64,000 nucleotides of DNA, from the NCBI GenBank assembly GCA_004764695.1, contig SMSO01000031.1, forward strand, positions 6,182,761-6,246,760, in the 5' to 3' direction. How positions within the stretch are numbered: the stretch's first letter is position 1; the number at the start of each line of letters is the position of its first letter. The notes below the pieces were generated by a model. It did no database searches. It saw nothing but the letters and a program-made list of their open reading frames with translations, and was not told the DNA's origin. A program made the position numbers and the translations under genes. The DNA is from Schizochytrium sp. TIO01. Lineage: Eukaryota > Protista > Bigyra: Labyrinthulomycetes. Shown one piece after another: positions 46,884 to 63,459 of this stretch.

Positions 46884-47721
46884 TCCCAAAAGAAGTGATA
46901 CCAATATACTTATCACTCAATTTTTCAATGAAACTGTTTTGTACACTCAGACTCATTTCAGACTCATTTATGATTGATCGATCGAATCATCCCAAAAGAA
47001 GCGATACCAATTTACTCATCGCTCCAAAAAAAAATGACAAAGAACCTCAAAATACAAAGACCTTCTTCGACCTTTGTTTGTTTCAATTCTTTGTAATCAT
47101 TCGATTGTAATCGACGCCGCTAACAAAAAGAAAGGAAAGGGAAGGACTGACACATCTACCCCGACCACGCGTATTTCTCCTAATATAGCACATAATCCAT
47201 CGCGTTCTTGTAATGGCGAGCCCCCTCGCACCTTCGTCGCTTAGAATTTCCCGGACCTCCTAGCGGCCTCCTAACCCTTTCTGTAGGACTTCAGGCCAGA
47301 TGGATGAGACGAAGCAGTCCCAAAAAAAAGAAAAAGATAGAGACCCACTTCGCGATCATAGATACCTTTGCCACGTTGTTGACGCGAGGCTCTCTTGGGT
47401 TTGGCTGGGCTGGAGACACGAGAGCTGCCTCGAGGCCGTCTCCACCTGCCACGCGCCCTCGACAGAAGCAGCAGTGTCAGCGGCGCTCTTTGCAGTTTGC
47501 TTCTGTGAAGGTAGGTAAGTAGGAAAGAAAGATTGGAGATAAAAGAATAGGATAAAATAGGGTAAAATAAGGTGAAATAGAATGACATGAAAAGGTGAAA
47601 GAAAATCTAAACATAGCGCAGTTCTCGTATCATCGAGCAAATCCCGAACTGCAAGGCTAGTTGAGCCCGACCCTTTTGTGCCTTCGCCTGCGTACTCCGT
47701 GCCTCGCTATACGCCTCCACC

Positions 47722-48660
47722 ATGCTGGCCTCGTCTCTCCTCAAGTCCGCTTCCCTGCGCTCCTCTGTCTCCATGAGCTCGAGCCTCGGCATGTCCGTCT
47801 CCAGCGCCCGCCTCGCTCGCTCGTCTGCCCTCGCAAGCCTGTCTCGCGGCGCCCGCTTGATGAGCACCTCCTCTTCTGAGCATGGAAGCTACGAGAACAT
47901 TGTTGTCGAGAAGCTCGAGGGCCGCGTCGCTCTTATTCGCCTGAACCGCCCCAAGGCACTCAACGCTTTGTGCACGCCCCTGGTGGAGGAGCTCAACGCT
48001 GCTACGCACAAGCTCGACATGGACCCCGAGTGTGGTTGCATCGTCGTCACCGGCATGGACAAAGCCTTCGCTGCCGGTGCTGATATTAAGGAGATGCAGC
48101 ACAAAGAATACGTCCCCGCCTACACGAGCAACATGTTTGCAAACTGGGCCAACATTTCCAAGATCCAGACCCCGACAATTGCTGCCGTCAACGGGTTTGC
48201 TCTTGGCGGAGGCTGCGAGCTTGCGATGCTCTGCGATATCATCGTGGCAGGCGACAAGGCCAAGTTTGGCCAGCCCGAGATCAAGCTCGGTACGATCCCT
48301 GGTTGTGGTGGAACCCAGCGTCTTATCCGCGCAGTTGGAAAGTCCAAGGCTATGGAGCTTGTGCTCACGGGAGGTATGATGGATGCCCAGGAGGCAGAAG
48401 CCAAGGGCCTCGTGGCTCGCGTATACCCTGCCGATGAACTTGTGGATGGAGCGCTCAAGATGGCTCGCCAGATTGCTAGCTACTCTAAGCCTATTGTGCA
48501 GATGGCGAAGGAGGCTGTCAATGTATCGTATGAGATGAGCCTTGAGGAGGGACTTCGCTTTGAACGCCGCATCTTCCACAGCACTTTCTCGACTGAAGAC
48601 CGTCTTGAGGGTATGACTGCCTTCGTCGAGAAGCGTGCCCCGAACTTCAAGCACAAGTAA
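47722..48660 (+). CDS. ECHS1: Mitochondrial short-chain enoyl-CoA hydratase (crotonase)
   Basis: Ser/Arg/Ala-rich presequence without acidic residues; LNRPKALNAL, AFAAGADIKEM, IAAVNGFALGGGCELAMLCDI, FGQPEIKLGTIPGCGGTQRL, EGMTAFVEKR. Confidence 0.96.
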   Translation: MLASSLLKSASLRSSVSMSSSLGMSVSSARLARSSALASLSRGARLMSTSSSEHGSYENIVVEKLEGRVALIRLNRPKALNALCTPLVEELNAATHKLDMDPECGCIVVTGMDKAFAAGADIKEMQHKEYVPAYTSNMFANWANISKIQTPTIAAVNGFALGGGCELAMLCDIIVAGDKAKFGQPEIKLGTIPGCGGTQRLIRAVGKSKAMELVLTGGMMDAQEAEAKGLVARVYPADELVDGALKMARQIASYSKPIVQMAKEAVNVSYEMSLEEGLRFERRIFHSTFSTEDRLEGMTAFVEKRAPNFKHK

Positions 48661-49168
48661 GGAAGTAAATATGCTCACGACGTCCTTGATGCAATGCTTC
48701 TTACACGTGCCTCACAATGACTCCGCCAATTGTGACCCCGCCTCGTGAAGAAAGCGGATCAGCGTAGACCATGCTTTTCAAAAGTTTTGCATCTGTGGTC
48801 AATCTCATACGAAAGTTGGTTGTGTGTTTTGTCTAAGGATTGCAACATTACGGATCAGCCGCTTTTTTTTACAGATTTGTTTTCCTTTCGTACGCCTTTA
48901 CACAGATAATGCGCGGGAAGTGAAGTCACCTTGTCTAATTTTATCTCAACTCAATTTTACAAATCAAATGAACAAATTACAATTCCAAAACTTGAACTTT
49001 TAAAGGGTTAAACCAGAGTACCATAGTTGTCTCTCTGAATAGTGAAGAGAAGACAAAATCGCACTTATTCAGGCAATACGCAACCTGAATGCTTGCCTTA
49101 TGATCAATACGTATAGTTACGAAATTAGCTTATACCAAGGTCTGAACTAAAGGCAAAGGTGTATCAGC

Positions 49169-53582
<4,414 letters not shown>

Positions 53583-54416
53583 CGATCGGCGTCAATTCCT
53601 CCTCTGGAGACAGTTAGGCTTTTCGTTTTTTCGTTTTTGCGACCTAACACGCAGACCTATGCCCACGGGACTGTGCGAATGCAGCCCGAGTTGCTGAGGT
53701 TTGCGGTACCGCCTTTGCAGGCGTCATCAGGCTGTTTCAACATACTTATTTTTAAAGCTCGAAAACTTTTTTATTTCTAATATTTCTCCATCTCTTTTTC
53801 TTTAAGGAAACCAATTCTCGCTTGACAATTCGTCTTCGATCAGTTTAGCTGTAGATTTTCTCTTCAAGGCTATTGGCGTGCATGATAACTAGATGACCAG
53901 GGTGCAGGGTCACGTATCGTCTGAACATGGTCCCATAATTTGCGGATCTGAGAGAACGTTGGATTTGGTGGAATCTGGCTGTCGAGAATTAGATGTGTGT
54001 GCGATTCTGAGGGCAACCCAGAGAACTTCGGCAGAACGACCTAAACGGATCATTAGGTGTATTGTATAAGTTTACTTATGCCGATAGCCATTACTCAACA
54101 CTGTTATCAAGCTGCTTCGGCATAATTAATTCGGACTACACTTGTCGTATATACCTTTCGGAGAAACTCAGTCTTTGGTGATCATTCATGTGTAGTACAG
54201 ATCTACCACGATAAGAGAGTATGAAGTGCTTTTTACGAAACGAAGAGGCCCTGCAAAGCTCACAACCAATATCGAAGGCATTGGCAAACCCACCCAGGGG
54301 TTTGCTTATGCCAAAGGAAGGAGGATTGCTCCAACGTCGCAAAGGAAGGCGTTGTATTGCCAAGATAGGCAACACGGGCTGCAGGCAAGGGTGCCAAGTT
54401 CGTGGCAAACGGCACC

Positions 54417-57400
54417 ATGGAAGAGCTCGCCAATCTTCCGGCCGAGGAGCTGGAAACGCTGCGCTTGAACTTTTTATCACATGGCGACGAAGGACTCAAC
54501 CTGGAGCAGTTTGTCAAAGTAATTTTAAAGACATTGGGCTGCAATGATGAGGACCAAACTGGATCAGATAGCTCATCAGACCATCGTGAGTTAGTTTCTT
54601 CAATGTGCGAAATGTTTGAGGAGATTGACCGCAACGGAAATGGCCGTGTTGAATGGGCTGAGCTCACTTCATTTTGGGTGGCGAAGGGCTTTGTTGCTAC
54701 AAGAAGATTTGTTGAGCCATTGCGTTTCCGCTATCAAGAAGACATGCAATACAAAGATCGATTTAGTCGGGGCTCAAAGATTAACAACCTTATTTTCCTC
54801 AAGTCTATCCAGCGAATTGCAAGCTTTGAAAAGGAAAGTATGAAACTTAAACTCTATGACCCGCGACTTCACCTTTGCAATGAAATAGATGTGGGGCAAA
54901 CAATTCGTAAATATCGTTCATCTTACAGACGAAAGGATGAACTTCGTAACTGTCTTGTTGTACCTCGACGCAATATTCTGGTGGTTCTTTCATCAGACCT
55001 GAGTATCACATTTTGGGACGCCATCAACCTCCGTTTCAATCATTTTGCCTTTTCAAAGTCACCACAAACATGTCTCACATACTCACTAAATACAGGAAGG
55101 GTTTACACCGCTGGAAGCAGTAATAGGATACAAGTTTGGGTTCCTGAAAAGGGTGTCCGCATCGAAAGTATTACAACACGTCATAAGGAAGCCATCACAG
55201 ATATTGTAGCTATTCCAGGGATGCTTATCACATGCTCTTTAGATAAAACCATTCAAATGCACGATATAACGACTGGCAGGTACCGAGGTTCTCTAGTTGG
55301 TCACAAACTAGGTATTAGACATATGGTGTACTCCGAACGCCAAGGCACCTTACTCTCCGCAGGCATGGAGCCTGACGTGCTGGGTTGGGACCTAGGGTCG
55401 CACAAGCAAGTCGTTAAACTTGTCGGCCATCGGTCATCTGTCATTGGGATTCAAATTCTCGCTGCCAATGAACCAGGGAAAGATCGATCGTGCAATCACA
55501 GCAGATGATATGGGTAATTTTCGCATTTGGGATTTCCAGCGTTCACATACTGGACAAGCAGTTTGTTTACAAGTCTTTCAACGAAAAATTCGCAATTTTC
55601 ATGGTAAGTCGAAAGAGAAGAGTTCTCGGGAAGGTCAAAAGCCCTTCTTACCTGGACAACAGCGCTGGACCTTGGACGATTTTCACCCAAATACCTTCTG
55701 TGTGACTGAACCAGGAGCAGACCTTATAGCTGCAACCTCAAAAATGTTCCGCTTTACCTCCTCAGGCCACAAGAATATGAACAACTTGCCCAACGGTGCC
55801 ATTTTTAACTCTGTTTCTCTTTCTTTCATCACCATTACGGGTCACGATGTACAAGTTTGGGATGCACGCACGGGACGTGTAGGAGAAGATATGTTCAATC
55901 TGTCTTCCTCTGAGCTTACAAAGCTTGTGCTGGATGACCGGGAGAGGAAATTTATTGTTGGTCATGCCACTGGCCAAATTCATGTACATAGCTACCTGAA
56001 TGGCGTAAAAATGAAGCAAACAGAAATTGCCCATGAAGCCGATGTAACCGACATTGCCTATGTTGGCAGGGAGAAGTTGCTTATTAGTGTAGCGCGAGAT
56101 CGTAAGCTTTTAATTCATGATGAGTGGCCGGAAGATGAGTCTGCTCCATTTCTTCGAGGAGTCTCTTCTGCGCATCATGCTGACGTAACCTGTGTATCAT
56201 ATTCAGAACCCTTTTCACTGATAGCAACAGGATCAGCAGATGCTACCGTGGCGTTATGGAATTTCGAATTTCTCAAGGTGGAAACCTTGTTGTATGGACA
56301 TTCAGCTGATATTGTTGCGTTGTCCTTTGTTGGAAGCTACCCAATTCTTATCTCTGCCGACTCGAAGGGCGTCGTTTTATTCTCTCTCATCCATCCGTCT
56401 TCTGCAAAAGGACGTTGCCTTTATCGATTCGAAAATTGGAATGATATTGAAAAATTTGGAAGCGGATATTATTACGATGGAAGGGCTGAATCAAAATGCC
56501 AAAGGACTGCTGTCACAGCGCTTTGTGTACACCTACAACAGGCCACTGGGAACTGGATTCTTGTTCTGGGTGACGAGCTAGGAGTGGTGAAGCAGTTCGA
56601 TCTTTCGGTTTTGTTGAAGTCTTATGAGCTAAAAGTTCGAGATCCGCAAACCTACCCGATGCATCGTACCGGATATAATGCACGTCGGCGCCTTCGCAGA
56701 GACTTTGGGTTTGTAATGGATGATCAAGTTCGTATGCAGCAAAATGCAGCACGGAGTGAAGTCGCAGCGGTTTCTTCAGAAAGAGCAAAACTGCCGCTGA
56801 TTTCAGCCATCAAAGCCCACTCGGGAGGAATAAACTCGATTCAGATTGTAGACGCACCTCTTTGCGTGCTCACATCTTCCCAAGATCGCTCAGTTCGTAT
56901 TCACGATCTCGGCACTGGTGATCTTGTCGGCATGCTGAACATGAGTGATGAGGATAAAGAGGCAGTGCTGAAGGGAGAAATGACACGAGCTCCATGGCTC
57001 TTTGATGTTGGCCCATCCATCCAACGTTTGGAGGATCTAAGAACGCAGAAAGCTACAGTTGTTCTTGAGCAACTTCATGCGAACCAACATGCAGAACTCT
57101 CAAAGAATTTGGCTGCGGACACTCATGAAGTCCGTCAAAAGCGTCTGGCTCTTGCCAGAGCACGGATGTCAATTTCTGTTAATCAAGCTCAAGCACTTGA
57201 CGAAGATGCCGCGATAGATGCAGCAACTGCAAACTCCAACGCAGATATTATGGTGATCAATTTTGAGCCTGTGAAAACTCACGAGGAGGAGCTTCGTGAA
57301 TTCAAATTACAACTTTTAGATCAAATAAATACAAAGGATGCATCTGCAGCACCAGGTGTTAGGGCAACACCAAGCTCATATGGAAACTTTGCGCAAGAAA

Positions 57401-58839
57401 ATTTGCGTCATAAATTGAACAATAAACTCCTCAAGCAACTTGATACTGAACCATCTCAGTTTCTGCGACACCAGCTTGGGTTCGGAGCGAATACCCGTCT
57501 TCGGGAGCGAAAACAAAAGAAGCTGGATTCTCTCACACAATTCAAGCGCAAATTTGCAACTAAAGGTCTTCTGGAGGACACTTTGACCATGAGTTCTTGG
57601 CTTGATCCTGGCCTCATCAACAATTCTGAAGGTGAAATGACAAGGAGACCAAACACTGCTCCAGAGCAACTGAGCTCTGAATTACCCATCACTGATCTAT
57701 GGAATAGAACAAATGCATCCTATGTTCAAGCTATTGACAATTTGCTGGCATCTGCTTTGCCGACTCCTCGTCAGCTTGAACCTTTAGAAAACACTGCTGC
57801 TTGTTTTTCTCCGACGAAGAAACGCCCAAGCACAGCAGGGGCTAATGAGTCTCTCGACCGGAACTGGAGGCGCCGGAGTACCGCCGTTCTCGAGCGCTTT
57901 GAGCTTGCCACGACTTCCCAACCTGAAGGTTTTAATTCGAGCACTGAGCAGTCGATGTTAAACTCTGAGAACCCTCAGTCAAAGAGAGGTACAGACACAA
58001 ATGGACCGCAAAGGCTGACACTATCAAGTGCAGGCCGGCGGCGGCGCTCGTTGATTGATCGTCAAAAGGATTATTCAAATGTATCTACAGATGAAAGTAA
58101 GTCGCGCAGACTATCAATAAAATTGAAACCACAGCCTAGGCGCTCGTCCGTTTCTCCTGGAGTTATGGCAGGTGTTCGTTTTGGACCATATCACGAATCG
58201 CACGTTCGTGGCTTCATTGAAATGTTTAAAGAGCTTGATCCTGATCATAGTGGTTTCATAGACATGCAAGAATTCTATACAAACGCTGAACTGCGAGAGT
58301 CTCCCATCGCGGCGTCCCTCGGAAGTATCTTCGAGACAATGGACGAGGATGCGAATGCTACTGTGGATATGGTAGAGTTCTTGGCATGCTTTTTACCAAT
58401 GGCTCAACATTCAGATATACTTGCAATGGTGAAACATTTTGAGAATTTGAAGGCAGGTGAGCAAAAATATGTAAAGCAAGAGCTGCAGACTTCGGATTTA
58501 TCCGAAGATGCACTAAAGGAAATTGACGACCTTTTCGAGTTCTTAGATGTTAACCACGATGGAAGCATTCAGCTAAATGAATTGCAACATATTGCCAAAA
58601 AGAATAAATTCATTGACAAGGCTGATTTGAAACACATTTCGCAACGTTACTCGACAAATGAGAACGGAGAATTGAACAAGAATGACTTTATTGAGCTTTG
58701 TCGAGAGTATTTCTCTTATAATTCAGACAAACTTATCCGTGAGATTCTTTCGTATAATCAACACAATAAAAAGAAGGATGGCCTACGGGCCAGGCTCTCA
58801 ATTCTCGAAAGTACAACATTGGCGCTTGGTGAACAATAA
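54417..58839 (+). CDS. EF-hand plus WD40 protein (WDR49/WDR64/EFCAB8-like) with a C-terminal four-EF-hand module; +1 frameshift at 55476-55481
   Basis: N-terminal MFEEIDRNGNGRVEWAEL. Many GH...WD repeats on both sides of the shift. C-terminal EF loops DPDHSGFIDMQE, DEDANATVDMVE, DVNHDGSIQLNE, STNENGELNKND. First ATG at 54417; the 5' end may be further upstream. Confidence 0.85.
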
Positions 58840-58969
58840 TAATAAAGAATGTTTTTGAATTTAGACAGGATTCTCAAAGACCGTCATTTGCACTTTAGGT
58901 GCTGAAAACTTGTAACCTTATGGCTGATGAAATTTGAGAAAAAAATAATTGTACAAGTGTCAGTTTTGC

Positions 58970-59833
58970 TCATAGGCGCAATGGCTCTGCTAAAAGGTCT
59001 GTTCGCTTTACGTCGTCACCGCCGACGGCAAGCTCTCGCATCATATCCTCAATGGTCTTAACTCGACGATACTCAATGCGCTGCACATGATCAGACCAAG
59101 GGTGGTCGCAATTACAAACCCAGGGACTAAAGAATTTGGCACAACTGCACGACGCTTTTGAGCAAGCGTGTGTCCTCGGGTCATGATCTGTGTGTTTGTG
59201 CTTACAACTGCAACGCAGTATCCAAGCACCCTCAGCAACAATAAAAGTAAACTTCGAACAGGAGCATTTCCCACTACAACACTGAAAGGCTACACCTCCC
59301 CCAGGCATTTCTTTCGGTGGATGGTCTTTGAGTCGATGGCCGCACATGCACCGACTTTGGTCTCTGACAGGAATGCATTCCTTTTCGCACGTGCTACAAC
59401 TCCAAACTATGGTGGGCTTGAGTTTCACATCTCCATTCGTATGGCTAGTTCGAAGTGGTGCTACAACTTGAAGTGTTGCTTCTTCCTCTCTTCCTGCAGT
59501 TCTATTTACTCCTGCTTTCACAGGCACCTGTCTAGTTGCAAGTGAATTTGGTTGTTTAAGTCCAGATTTCTTCGTAGCGTAGGAAAACCTTGCTGTATTC
59601 ACTTGAGGACGGCCTTCCTCGTGGTCCTCTTCAACGCGTTCATTAACCTCTCGTGGAGATAACCTCTCTCTGTTTGACTGATCTCTATATCTTGGAATAA
59701 GAGTAGCCGGCGTTCGCGGTGAGGTTGAGAGAACTTTGTTTGCTGCTGTGGGTTTTCTTCTCCGGGCCTTGAGAAGCTTAAGCTGAGCTCGAGCTTCTTG
59801 GGCCACGCGCCCTTGGTCCTGATGATTCTCCAT
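58970..59833 (-). CDS. FAM221-family Cys/His-rich protein
   Basis: SRCMCGHRLKDH, CSCSKFTFI, RCSCKHKHTDH, CSCAKFFSPWVCNCDHPWSDH match the FAM221A/B (DUF4475) Cys pattern. Confidence 0.8.
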   Translation of the reverse strand: MENHQDQGRVAQEARAQLKLLKARRRKPTAANKVLSTSPRTPATLIPRYRDQSNRERLSPREVNERVEEDHEEGRPQVNTARFSYATKKSGLKQPNSLATRQVPVKAGVNRTAGREEEATLQVVAPLRTSHTNGDVKLKPTIVWSCSTCEKECIPVRDQSRCMCGHRLKDHPPKEMPGGGVAFQCCSGKCSCSKFTFIVAEGAWILRCSCKHKHTDHDPRTHACSKASCSCAKFFSPWVCNCDHPWSDHVQRIEYRRVKTIEDMMRELAVGGDDVKRTDLLAEPLRL

Positions 59834-60232
59834 TCTCCTAATCACCTTCTCTGTTGAAAGCTTTGTACTTTCTGATCAGTGTCCAGCGCCTCCCGAGAGT
59901 AAAGACTTGGCACAAAGTACACGTGATTTGGTCTATTTACGAGGATTTTCGCTTCTGGGCTCCCACGGATTGTCTCGCGGTTTGGGCTTTTGAGATTTTG
60001 CATGAACTCCTCGAAAAATAATAATAATTATTATTATGATTACTGAGTTGCTCAACGGTCATATTATTACTATGCAAGTTCGTAATACATGACTGGCAGA
60101 CCACAAACAAAGCAGCTCGAGAAGTAGCTCGTGCAGTAGTGTCACAGCAGAGGCGTATAGCTCATTCAAACTTTGAATCGTTGAGGACTTGCGAGCCTTT
60201 TGCTTGGTTGGTGCCATTTCATTGACTAGACA

Positions 60233-61393
60233 ATGGCGACAACAGTGCTCAAACCCGCGACGGAATCTCAAGTAAGTCTTATTTCAGAACATCGCTGTTG
60301 TTGCAGTACAATTAAAGCAAGTTGCCTCAATCGTATGAGACGTGGTGTGCTCTTTTGATGCATGAGTTCTTCTAATTTAGCGGAAGAAAATGAGCCGGAA
60401 AAAGCTAACTTTTATTGATCTATTATTTTCGGACGTGGCGTGATAATAAACAATGTAACTTAGAGTCTCACCTTGGCTGGAACTCCTTCGTACAGGTTTA
60501 ATAATCTTTCTATGAATGTAGATGGGTTAGTTGCTTACGTAGACAAATCCCACATTCGGGTTGAAAACGCGAAGGAGCGCACGGGCCGTCTTACTCCTGT
60601 TGCCTCAGCTAGGCTTGTTCAACAAGCTAAATTTATCACGATTGACTGTATAGAGTACCTTGCTGTGACATCTGATATCGGTGTCCACCTTTTTGACTCA
60701 ACTGGTTCGAGTCTTCTTTCATACTTTAGTGTTAAGGATATTCACTCCATGGTGAAGAGCAATGCTGATCCTGAGCGATCCGAGTATTGTTGTGGTATTG
60801 ATGGGATTCAGGGTACTTCAATGCTTGTTGTTGGCACGTCTCGAGGGGCTTTGGCCACTCTTCATTACGATTCTCGAAAGAAAAAGCTAGGTCTGGAGCA
60901 GGTTACCCGTCTTCACAGATATCCTATTTCCTCCGTTGTTAGTAGCCTCTCATACATTGCCTCGGCAGATGAGTCTGGCCATGTAATTTTGTGGACGGCT
61001 ACATCGCTGGAGGAACACTGCCAGTTTCCAAGCATGGGAGTTCCCTGTTGCAGTGTGGAAATTCGTGCTGATTACGTCGTTGCTGCGTTTGTGAGTGGCG
61101 TTGTTCGAATTTATAGCATTGCGCAATCTCGACTTGTCATTGAGGTTGACGCACATGCTCGGGCGCTTAACTCAATGTCAATGCACCCATTCTCAAACGC
61201 TTTTGCTACCTGCGGTGAGGATGGTTTCGTTAATGTTTGGCAGCTACCAGACAAGCAAAATCATGATCTTCAGCTTCTTTCTTCCGACCAGTTTGAAAAT
61301 CAGCTTCTCGTGGGAGTCACCTTTGCAAAAGAAAACGCATGTAAGTTGGCCTTAACAGCTTATGATAGTACAGTTCTAATGACAAGGTTTTGA
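60233..61393 (+). CDS. WDR54: WDR54-like WD40 protein, two exons (60233-60271 and 60464-61393)
   Basis: Exon 1 MATTVLKPATESQ ends at a GTAAGT donor (60272). Acceptor TTAG at 60463 joins in phase 0 to SLTLAGTPSYRFNNLS (WDR54-like L.G.....NNLS). Also AHARALNSM...ATCGEDGFVNVWQLP. Confidence 0.78.
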
Positions 61394-62286
61394 TCGCATG
61401 GTATAATCTCTCGATGAGATGGCGTTTGAGGTGCCCTTCGAGGTGCCAGCCTTGGTTTAAATGAAGACATTTTGTGCGACGTTTGTTTCTGATCTTGCGT
61501 TGTCTGAGGTCCCACTACCCAGTCTGGGCGTTTAGACGACATTGATGTTTGGGGCCGTCGTGTCCTCGGAGCTTCGCTTGAGATTGGAAATCCCCCAAAT
61601 CCTTCTTGAACCCACTGATTATCACGAGAAAATGGCCTTGCTCTTGACCCAGGTATCACTTTCCTTTCATCTGGCTCTTCTCGCGAATCAATCATTTGTC
61701 TCAAATCTTGCGGTTTGGGCATGGTCTTTCGAGCACGAACTGTTTCTTTCATCAGTTCTTGAATCTCATCGCTCCCACGACAAGACTCTAACAGTTTCGC
61801 GAGACTTGCAGCTGATGCTGTCCCGGAAAGAACCGAGCTAGCATTTAATTCTTCCGTATGTAAATCTGCAACATGGCCTTTATTAAGCCTTCCTCTTGAA
61901 TACACCTTTGAGTAAGCATTCTTCTCGTATTCCAGGGAAGTTTGCAAGTGACTCCAAGGGTATTTTGATTCTGCTACAGTCCCTCTGGCGGAGGAGGAGT
62001 GTAGAAGAGGCGAGCTCAAAATAATACCATTAAAGTTGTTTAGCGCATCATAGTCAGGCCTCCTTGCTGCTTTTCGTGCTCGCGCTTCTCTCCCATATGT
62101 TTCAAGAACCGCTTGGTCAACAATTCTTGCTTGACGTACCCGCGTTGAGCTTGGCGTCTTGGCCCGTCGTAATTTCTCGACGCCGTATCGCCTTCTTGGT
62201 AATGAACCCATTGCAGGCGCTGACTTAAGCTCTCGTGCCGCCCCTGCTCCATCGGTATATTGACCATCCTCAAGAGATTCAAACAT
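61360..62286 (-). CDS. Hypothetical basic, disordered protein
   Basis: 322-codon ORF; first ATG at 62286, just after a CTAAC...TGCAG branch/acceptor. No recognised domain. Confidence 0.55.
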   Translation of the reverse strand: MFESLEDGQYTDGAGAARELKSAPAMGSLPRRRYGVEKLRRAKTPSSTRVRQARIVDQAVLETYGREARARKAARRPDYDALNNFNGIILSSPLLHSSSARGTVAESKYPWSHLQTSLEYEKNAYSKVYSRGRLNKGHVADLHTEELNASSVLSGTASAASLAKLLESCRGSDEIQELMKETVRARKTMPKPQDLRQMIDSREEPDERKVIPGSRARPFSRDNQWVQEGFGGFPISSEAPRTRRPQTSMSSKRPDWVVGPQTTQDQKQTSHKMSSFKPRLAPRRAPQTPSHREIIPCDQNLVIRTVLS

Positions 62287-63459
62287 GTTGGTGTGCTGCA
62301 ATATTGTGCACAGGTTAGCCAGGAACACCGAAACTGAATCTACCGACTGTAATTTGTAGCAAGGTGACTTCCTTCAGTGTAGCCGCACTAATTTGTCATG
62401 TCACAGGGTCTCTGATTCAAGTTCACTGTTTTCTGAACAACAGCCAAGCCAGCATCTACCTACCTATCTACAACTATTTGCGATTAAAAAGGATTTTTCA
62501 TAGAGTATCAACAGTCGAATGGTATTACTTTGGTACAATGATATACTTCTTTCACAGAGCGATTCAACTCTGGGTGCGTAAAAATCTGCAGTCCGGACTC
62601 CTATACTCTGTCTTTGCTAGGTTCGGTAAGCAGCGCAAAAGTATTCTATAGCAAACTGACTTCCAAAACGTCTCTTCCTGCCGGATACTTTCGCGTTCCT
62701 CTCTACTCCTCGCCTCGTACCCACCCTCCCTTCGTTTCTGATGCAACTGCTACCCAACGAGCACTCTATTTAGTCCTTGTACACTAAAACACTTTCTAGG
62801 TTACTAGCACCCCTCTAAAACTAACCATCACCAGCTACAATTCCCCATTGAGAATTCTAAAAGCCTTCAGCTCTACAAAGCAACACGCTCAAGGCTCAAT
62901 TCATTTAATACAGTATCATGTTTTAGGGAAGCTCCCGACACGTCCTCCTGCGACTACCCACCCGTCTTCAATACATGGCTCGCGTCCTTATCCTAGCACT
63001 TGCATCAAATTCAATCCTCTCAGATGCCGTAACGGCTCTCGTTCGCTCGCGCGCGACCAAGCGCAATATAGGGACCTCGCGGAAGCGTCCCTCGCAGGGA
63101 CTCTTGCTACGAAATAAATGAAAAGGAAACAAACTTTGAAAGGGATAAGATAAGAATGATAGGTAATAAGGGAATAGAGAACTGATAATGAGAAAATAAA
63201 ATTTTCAATGTAAGAGTATGATTTATGGAAATGAAATTTTGTAGGGTAGTACAACTAATTAATCAAAGCCAATTTTGAAGGCTGCAGGGATTTGTGCCAG
63301 TCCTGCTGAGCATTGGCGGCGCAGGGTCGTGTTGCTACGGGAGGTGCTAGTTTCGACGAATCGGTTTTGACGGCTCTACTTTTTGTTGTTAGGGTACTCT
63401 CTTTGCATTGACCGACATCAGACGCCTTCGGACGAGATTAAGAATTCGGGTTGGCTGCC

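Noticed and set aside
47707-48678. 323-aa antisense ORF over the enoyl-CoA hydratase
   Set aside because: Shadow ORF caused by strong codon bias of a conserved sense gene.
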